Part shown: piece by piece, positions 57,728 to 64,000 of the stretch
Numbering within the stretch: position 1 is the first letter of the stretch
Layout: the number at the start of each line of letters is the position of its first letter
Assembly (NCBI GenBank): GCA_963833575.1
Contig: CAWHXY010000006.1
Coordinates: 192,001-256,000, forward strand
Source: Candidatus Bathyarchaeota archaeon
GTDB taxonomy: Archaea; Thermoproteota; Bathyarchaeia; Bathyarchaeales; Bathycorpusculaceae
Direction of reading: 5' to 3'
DNA: 64,000 nt
The notes under the pieces: model-generated
Databases searched by the model: none
Told to the model about the DNA's origin: nothing
The model's input: only the letters and a program-made list of their open reading frames with translations
Translations under genes and position numbers: made by a program

Positions 57728-58921
57728 TCACCTGCTTCCTGTTTCTTGGTTTATTGAGGCAGCTAATTCTTTTTCTAGTTCACTTGCTGGAATTGAGAGC
57801 AAAGAAACCTGAGTAGACCTACCACGTGTAGTGGAGCTTCGGACTTCGACCTTCAAGATTTTCAAAGAGGAAAGGAACTGGGCGTAATTCCACAGTTGTG
57901 TGTGACTGTTCGGTTGTTCACCCATCTCTTCACAGATCACAGAATATGTTTTTTCTACTTCAGATAATAAAGCGTAAGCCTGCTCGTTCTGCTCCTTGAA
58001 GTAACGTGCTACTGCAAGCAAAAACAGTCTTTCGTGTAATCCAAGCCCTGCTAAATCGCTTCGCTTTGTGCCTGGAATAATATTGGATATCGCCATGCGA
58101 ACGCATTCAGGTTCAACCATTCCTGCCTCTTCCGCGTCAGCATATTTGCCAGCACGCCATAATAATTCAATTCCAAAACGGGCATTTCCAGTTTCTGTAA
58201 AAGCCAACTCAGCAATCAACCCAACAACATCTTCCTCTACTGCTCCCAATTCAAAAGCCATAGAAACACGCTGGTTCAAAATGTCTACAAGCTGTTCTTT
58301 GCCATAACGTTCCAAATGTACGATGCTCCGCTGAAGTGTGCTACTTGCGCTGGCATCCAACCGCTCAAGAGATTTTAGATCACGCATAATAAAAATAAAG
58401 GACAACCTTTGCGGTTTGCCCTGGCGCATTTCCTGCAGACGGGTCAGCTTATAAACGGCATCTGAACCTTCATTCTCGATTAAACTGTCAAATTCATCTA
58501 ATGTTAACACCATGAAAGTGTTTTCTTCATCTAAAACCTGAATTAACGTTGAGAGAACTTCGTCGACAGAGTAGCCACGGGCTGGATATTTGGGACGAAA
58601 AATGGTCACAGCTTTATGTAGAATCGGTTGCAGACTTCCGCGGTATTCACGGCAGTTAAGGTGCGCATAACTGAATTTTATGGCTCGTTTGTTAGCTTCT
58701 GATGTGATGCTGGCTCCGAAATGTTGAGCAAGAACCGTTTTTCCTGTGCCCACATCACCAGTTATGATAACTCGCTGAGACATTCGTTCTGGGCAACGTG
58801 TGAGGAAACTGTAGAATTCCATTAGTAAACGGTGTTCTTTTTCTCTATGAGGCAATGTTTGCGGAATGTAATTTATGTCAAGCTTGGCCTCATCTTTGAA
58901 CACGCTACGACGCGAAGACAA
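57728..58921 (-). CDS. cdc6: Orc1/Cdc6 replication initiator family protein
   Basis: YIPQTLPHRE, GDVGTGKT, LNC, LDEFD, GNARFGI, C-terminal wH. Confidence 0.92.
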   Translation of the reverse strand: MSSRRSVFKDEAKLDINYIPQTLPHREKEHRLLMEFYSFLTRCPERMSQRVIITGDVGTGKTVLAQHFGASITSEANKRAIKFSYAHLNCREYRGSLQPILHKAVTIFRPKYPARGYSVDEVLSTLIQVLDEENTFMVLTLDEFDSLIENEGSDAVYKLTRLQEMRQGKPQRLSFIFIMRDLKSLERLDASASSTLQRSIVHLERYGKEQLVDILNQRVSMAFELGAVEEDVVGLIAELAFTETGNARFGIELLWRAGKYADAEEAGMVEPECVRMAISNIIPGTKRSDLAGLGLHERLFLLAVARYFKEQNEQAYALLSEVEKTYSVICEEMGEQPNSHTQLWNYAQFLSSLKILKVEVRSSTTRGRSTQVSLLSIPASELEKELAASINQETGSR

Positions 58922-59019
58922 ATTTGAATCCTCAATGAATTTGACTTCTCAATATATTACTGAGTCTTAAAACAAAAGCCTAATAAATGCATTCTGTAAT
59001 CATTGTTTCCGAACCCGAA

Positions 59020-59583
59020 ATGATACCAAAATACTTCTTCTTCACTAAAGGAGTCGGCAAGCATAAAGAGCAACTCCAATCATTCGAATTAGCCCTCAGA
59101 GATGCAGGCATACAAATGTGCAACCTCGTCAGCGTTTCAAGTATAGTGCCACCAGCATGCGAGCAACTTACCCGTGAAAAAGGCATGAAAATGGTGCAGC
59201 CAGGCGAAATCACCTTTGTAGTTATTGCCAGAAACGCAACCAACGAGCCACATAGGCTTGTCGCGTCATCCATAGGCGTAGCTATCCCTTCGGGCAAAAA
59301 CCAGTACGGTTACCTCTCAGAACACCACTCCTACGGACAAACCGATGAGACAGCAGGCGACTATGCAGAAGACTTAGCAGCAACCATGCTTGCAACAACC
59401 ATGGGTATCCAGTTTGACCCAGAAACAGCATGGGACGAACGCAAACAACTTTTCAAAACCACAGGATTAATCATCAAAACAGCCAACATAACACAATCTG
59501 CAGCAGGAGACAAAAACGGTTTATGGACAACAACCGTTGCAGCAGCCGTATTCGTTCCCGAAAACAACAAACCAAAAGAGTAA
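59020..59583 (+). CDS. pdaD: Pyruvoyl-dependent arginine decarboxylase
   Basis: [20 protein letters not shown] (Ser-Ser self-cleavage site), YGYLSEH. Confidence 0.92.
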   Translation: MIPKYFFFTKGVGKHKEQLQSFELALRDAGIQMCNLVSVSSIVPPACEQLTREKGMKMVQPGEITFVVIARNATNEPHRLVASSIGVAIPSGKNQYGYLSEHHSYGQTDETAGDYAEDLAATMLATTMGIQFDPETAWDERKQLFKTTGLIIKTANITQSAAGDKNGLWTTTVAAAVFVPENNKPKE

Positions 59584-59775
59584 CAATTTTATTTTTTCTT
59601 TTATTAGCTCCTCACAAAAGTTGAAATAAACCCCGAAAGGGTTACAATCTTTTTAATTCTTACCAGCTATTTTATTATCACATTCAAAAGTTCCGAGAGT
59701 TAAGAACAGCGAAACGACTTGACTGGAAACTTCTTATCCTTCCAACGCCAATGAGACCTGACAGGAAGAGAGAAA

Positions 59776-60249
59776 ATTAGCGCAACGATAGAGTTCCCAA
59801 AAAAATTCACAGTAATCGGCAACCTTTCCCTCGCCTTCTGGATCGCACTAGACACCGTAGGTTTACTCCTCATCAATTTGACAGCTGGGGTAGTATTTCT
59901 ATTGGCTGCACTCGTCGCTATTTACGGGATACTAAAGTTTCTTGGCTGCCTCAGACCGTGTTACAACTGCAAAAAATGTACCTTTGGCTTAGGCAGATTA
60001 GCCGCTTTGTATTTCGGAAAACGCAACCTCAAAGACTACAAATACAACTACAAATTAGGCACAGCCCTCTTTTTCTACGCATTAATCGGTCCATTTCCCG
60101 CAACAGTCTTGCTTATCTCGACAGTTCAAGAGTTTACGATAATCAAAACTGTGGTTGTTGCTGTTCTATTGACATTTTCAATTTATAGCGCAACGACTTG
60201 GCGCACTGCCAACAAACAGGATAATCCTAAAACGCCAACGTCAAATTAA
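59776..60249 (+). CDS. Cys-motif membrane protein (start uncertain; reading frame open from 59755)
   Basis: CLRPCYNCKKC between TM helices; extra upstream in-frame TM segment lacks an ATG/GTG/TTG start. Confidence 0.6.
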   Translation: MSATIEFPKKFTVIGNLSLAFWIALDTVGLLLINLTAGVVFLLAALVAIYGILKFLGCLRPCYNCKKCTFGLGRLAALYFGKRNLKDYKYNYKLGTALFFYALIGPFPATVLLISTVQEFTIIKTVVVAVLLTFSIYSATTWRTANKQDNPKTPTSN

Positions 60250-60277
60250 TAGTGGCTTTCTAAAGCTCAAATTATAA

Positions 60278-61078
60278 TTATTTTGGATTGAAGAATGTTT
60301 CCAGCTTTTGGTTTTCGCTTTTCTTGAGAACTTCGGCACAGGTTTTCGGATCTAACGCCTTAAACTCTAAGCCAAGCGTAACTAGCATCCTCTGAACATC
60401 TTTGGCGAGGCTAGGAGCAACCAACACGGCGCGAACTTCCCGATTTACTTTGGCTTTGATGGGTTCAATGTACTTTGCCAATTGCAAGGCGGCTTCTTTT
60501 GAAGCAGTTTTACGTTTAACTTCAACAATGACTAGCTTGCCGTTTTTGTCTTCTCCATAGATGTCCACGAAACCAGGCTCAACTTTTTTCTCCCAACTAA
60601 TCGGTTTAAAACCTTCTTCTAGAAGCTCAGGCTTAAGGAGAATCGCTCGGTGCATGTCATCTTCGCTTGCATGTAAAAGAAAATCTCCTGAATCAGACAG
60701 ATTAAGCGACGAAACCATGTAAACGCTTTCAAATGTTACACGAACACTTTCATGTGGCTTTTGCCGAACTCCATGAACCTCTATTCCGTTATCTTTGACT
60801 TGCACGTGAAAGACGCCGCCAGCTGGTTGCCAATTTACCGGTTCGTACCCAACCGGACGGTGCACAAGAAGTGAACCATCTGACTTAATGATTAAGATTC
60901 GTTCTCCAAGTTCAAGCGTTGAGCTAGCCCTGCCAACATAATGTACATGACATATGCCTGCGACAATCAGAGTTCTTCTCTGTTCGAAGGCACGCTCTAT
61001 CAACGTGGCAGCTTCCACTAAAGTTGGGAGCGTTAACACTGAGAGTTTGTTTGATTGCTGCAATTTGTTTTCAGCCAA
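60278..61078 (-). CDS. nucS: Endonuclease NucS/EndoMS
   Basis: YVGRASS, IKSDGSLLVH, PVNWQP, GFVDI, VEVKR, QLAKY. Confidence 0.93.
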   Translation of the reverse strand: MAENKLQQSNKLSVLTLPTLVEAATLIERAFEQRRTLIVAGICHVHYVGRASSTLELGERILIIKSDGSLLVHRPVGYEPVNWQPAGGVFHVQVKDNGIEVHGVRQKPHESVRVTFESVYMVSSLNLSDSGDFLLHASEDDMHRAILLKPELLEEGFKPISWEKKVEPGFVDIYGEDKNGKLVIVEVKRKTASKEAALQLAKYIEPIKAKVNREVRAVLVAPSLAKDVQRMLVTLGLEFKALDPKTCAEVLKKSENQKLETFFNPK

Positions 61079-61128
61079 CTATTTTAGTCAGAGCTTGGGT
61101 ACATAAGATTTCTTGAAGGAAAACAGCA

Positions 61129-61680
61129 TTGACTGGATGGAAAGACAAGCGCAAAGTGATGCAACGTTACGACTTAACGGCGCAAATGTATGATGAGCGG
61201 TATACGGAGGAGCAAAATACGAAATATTTGGCATCACTTGAAAATCTTGATTTGCTGAGTTGCGATGTTCTAGATGTTGGTTGCGGATCAGGCTTGTTTT
61301 TCAGCCAAGTTGCGGCTCAAGCTAGCTTGGTTGTGGGAGTTGACATTTCGCGCAAGTTGCTACTTAAAGCCAAAGAGCGAGCGGGTGTTTTTGGTAATGT
61401 TTTGGTTTTGCAAGCTGATGCTGATCACTTACCTTTCAAAGAATCAGCTTTTGACATGGTTTTCGCGTTTACTGTGCTTCAGAACATGCCTAAACCAAAT
61501 GAAACGTTAAACCAGTTAAAGCGTGCTACTAAGGTTGGCGGCAGAGTTGTGGTGACGGGGCTAAAGAAGGCTTTTCCGCTACCTGTTTTCATGGATGTTC
61601 TTGAAGGCTCTGGTTTAGCAGTGGTTAGTTTTGTTGACCGTGAAGATTTGAAATGTTACGTTGCGGTGTTAGCTGCTTAG
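61129..61680 (+). CDS. Class I SAM-dependent methyltransferase
   Basis: VLDVGCGSG, GVDIS, ADADHLPF. Confidence 0.9.
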   Translation: MTGWKDKRKVMQRYDLTAQMYDERYTEEQNTKYLASLENLDLLSCDVLDVGCGSGLFFSQVAAQASLVVGVDISRKLLLKAKERAGVFGNVLVLQADADHLPFKESAFDMVFAFTVLQNMPKPNETLNQLKRATKVGGRVVVTGLKKAFPLPVFMDVLEGSGLAVVSFVDREDLKCYVAVLAA

Positions 61681-61932
61681 CATAACATTATCATGGTTTA
61701 TTCGGTTTTCACAATCTTCTGATTTGATTTTTAGCCATTTCAAAATAACGTTTATTTAAAATAGAGCAGGGTTAATGAAACCGAGCGCTGTTTAAATTAA
61801 CAAAATGGCTGAGGCAAAAATGATTCAATCATGCAAATTCACTGGTTTAATCGGCATAAACTTGTCAAATTGTTTTAATAAGACGTTTTTCCATTAAATA
61901 CGATCGCTTAATTTAGAGGCATAGAAAGCTTA

Positions 61933-63858
61933 ATGTTAATTCAGGAAGTTATACTTGAAAATTTCATGAGTTATGAGTATGCTAGGGTTCCGTTTAAGCA
62001 AGGAGTAAACGTTATCGGCGGACCTAACGGTGCAGGAAAATCCTCATTGCTCCTAGCGATTTCAGTGGGTTTGGGACAATCATACACGGAACGCTCCCGA
62101 AAACTTAGTGATTTAATCCGCTGGGGAAAAGACCAAGCACGAGTAACACTCATTTTAGACAACAGCAAACAGGGAAACAAACGCCCAGTGGCAAAATACT
62201 CAAAGGACCAACTTTTTCTCACCCGCGTGCTGCGACGCGATGGAAAATATGGGTTTGAACTGGAAAACCGAGCCGTTGGCAAGCAGGATGTTGATCGGCT
62301 ACTCGGCAAATTCGGTGTTGATCCCGACAACATGTTAATTATTATGCATCAGAACATGGTAGAACAATTCACTGTTCTTAGCAACACAGAAAAACTGCGT
62401 ATGGTAGAAGAAGCAGTTGGATTAGAGCCTTTTCACGAAAATGTCCTACAAGCAAAAACAAAACTTATGCACATTCTCACACAAGAAGAATCCGTAAGCA
62501 AACTCCTAGAACAAGCCCAACAAACACTCAACTATTGGCGTGAACAATACGATAAATATCAAGAGAAAAAACAATTACAGATCAAGCGCCGGTTTTTAGA
62601 ACGAGAATTAACTTGGGCAGAAGTTGAAAGGCGCGAAGGCATAGTTAAAAATTTACAGGCAAACTTGAACAAAAATCAAGATTCTCTTAGCAAAATTGAA
62701 GAACAAAAACATGCACTGACCAACCAGCTAAACACGCAACAAAACCAACAAGCAACACTCAAAAAAGAATCACGAACAGTTTTTGAGGAGAGACTAAGTC
62801 TTGAACATGACATCGCCCAAAACCAATCAACTCAATCATTAATCAGCCAGTTACTTGAAGAAGCCCAAATGCTTGAACAAGAAATTCAAAGCAGCAAAAA
62901 ACGGCTTAAACTACTTAGAACCGAAAACTTGAAAGAAATACTCAAAAACGCTCAACAACAAATAAGCAAAACAAACGAGCAGGTAAAAGAAAATCAAACC
63001 AAAATGCTCACTCTTGAAGAGTCTGCTGACAAAGTTACAGATGAAGTGCTGGATAAGCGGGTAAGCTTTGCATTGCTTGATTACAAGCGGGCAAACGCCA
63101 TTATTAACCTAAAAGAAAATGAGAAGTCATTAAATGAAGCTCAAGAAAACTTGAAAGTAACGGTACAAAAGGCTGAATTGTTAGGTGAACGAATAGCAGT
63201 CATAAAAAGTGTCGCTGATATTCAAGATGAAATGCGCTTAACAGACGGGCACCTGGCTGCGCTCGCTAATGTTTCAGAAGACATTGAACGCCAATATGAA
63301 TCATATTCGAAACTTTACTTGGAATTAAAAGAGAAGGCGCAGTTGGTAGCTGAAAACCGAGAGAAAACCCTTGAAGAAGTTAAAGCCCGAATGCTGTCAT
63401 GGAAAGCTGTAATGGAGAATTTGCTTGAACGGGTAAATGTCGAGTATAAACGAATTATGAGCCAAACGTTAGCGACTGGCGAAGTGCAACTTTCAAATTC
63501 ACAAGATATTGAAATGGCAGGGTTAGAAATCCTTGTTGGATTCAAAGGCGGAAAACCCGTTGCATTGAATGCTTATACTCAAAGCGGCGGCGAACGAACC
63601 ACTGCAACCATGAGTTTTCTTTTAGCGTTGCAGCAACACGTGCGTTCACCATTCAGAGCAGTAGATGAATATGACATTCACATGGATCCAAAAAATAGAG
63701 AAATGATTGCAAAAATCCTTCTTTCAATGATAAAAGATGCAAACGCTCAATACGTCGTAATTACTCCAAGCCAAATTACTTTTGCGCAGCAGGATGCAAA
63801 CGTTATTACAGTTCAGAATCTTGAAGGAAAATCAGTTGTACGTGAGGTTGTGCCATGA
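61933..63858 (+). CDS. Short SMC-family ATPase (SMC5/6-like head, no evident hinge; coalescin/archaea-specific SMC-related type)
   Basis: LENFMSY, GPNGAGKSS, coiled coil, QSGGERT, SPFRAVDEYDIHMD; only 641 aa. Confidence 0.85.
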   Translation: MLIQEVILENFMSYEYARVPFKQGVNVIGGPNGAGKSSLLLAISVGLGQSYTERSRKLSDLIRWGKDQARVTLILDNSKQGNKRPVAKYSKDQLFLTRVLRRDGKYGFELENRAVGKQDVDRLLGKFGVDPDNMLIIMHQNMVEQFTVLSNTEKLRMVEEAVGLEPFHENVLQAKTKLMHILTQEESVSKLLEQAQQTLNYWREQYDKYQEKKQLQIKRRFLERELTWAEVERREGIVKNLQANLNKNQDSLSKIEEQKHALTNQLNTQQNQQATLKKESRTVFEERLSLEHDIAQNQSTQSLISQLLEEAQMLEQEIQSSKKRLKLLRTENLKEILKNAQQQISKTNEQVKENQTKMLTLEESADKVTDEVLDKRVSFALLDYKRANAIINLKENEKSLNEAQENLKVTVQKAELLGERIAVIKSVADIQDEMRLTDGHLAALANVSEDIERQYESYSKLYLELKEKAQLVAENREKTLEEVKARMLSWKAVMENLLERVNVEYKRIMSQTLATGEVQLSNSQDIEMAGLEILVGFKGGKPVALNAYTQSGGERTTATMSFLLALQQHVRSPFRAVDEYDIHMDPKNREMIAKILLSMIKDANAQYVVITPSQITFAQQDANVITVQNLEGKSVVREVVP

Positions 63859-64000
63859 TGCAGTCGGCAAAACATCAAAAAACGCTGGGCAAAGAGAAAC
63901 TTCAACGTATAATTGAAATGTGCATCGCAATAGAAAACCGCACGGCTGAGCCTTTTACATTAGATATTGATGAAATAATCAAAGTAGTCAAAGAGTATTT
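63855..64000 (+). CDS. Partial gene, ScpA/kleisin-like N-terminus
   Basis: ATGA overlap with the SMC stop; MMQSAK...LQRIIEMC...EPFTLDIDEIIKVVKEY resembles ScpA DPWDIDI..L...Y. Confidence 0.5.
   Translation, partial: MMQSAKHQKTLGKEKLQRIIEMCIAIENRTAEPFTLDIDEIIKVVKEY

Noticed and set aside
58922-59760. Replication origin next to cdc6
   Set aside because: The upstream gap is about 100 bp and I found no repeated ORB/mini-ORB motifs, only a single weak CTGGAAAC

Overview
Archaeal chromosomal window, most consistent with Bathyarchaeia (TACK). Markers are the cdvB-cdvA-cdvB-cdvC ESCRT operon, an eL22-like ribosomal protein, an HdrA-MvhD fusion, PolB2, XPB-Bax1, NucS, Orc1/Cdc6, many TTG starts and GGTGA ribosome-binding sites. 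Core content: tRNA-Ile(GAU), tRNA-Arg(UCG), pyrK/pyrD, moaABC, a 9-gene hybrid folate/methanopterin-type pterin cluster, LipS1/LipS2-like radical SAM proteins, Lhr helicase, a VapBC pair and a short SMC5/6-like ATPase followed by a kleisin-like gene. The most notable candidates are: (i) a PadR / GH3 amido-synthetase / 7TM-DUF835 receptor / KaiC module next to tRNA-Arg, possibly a signal-synthesis-and-sensing circuit; (ii) three tandem covarying hairpins between the pterin cluster and a B12 radical SAM gene; (iii) two unannotated box C/D / K-turn RNAs, one predicted to guide 16S Cm1402; (iv) a structured leader with an internal U-tract upstream of the pterin operon; (v) a perfect (GGGAAC)15 microsatellite at a promoter. 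All family assignments come from motif recognition by eye; no database searches were run.
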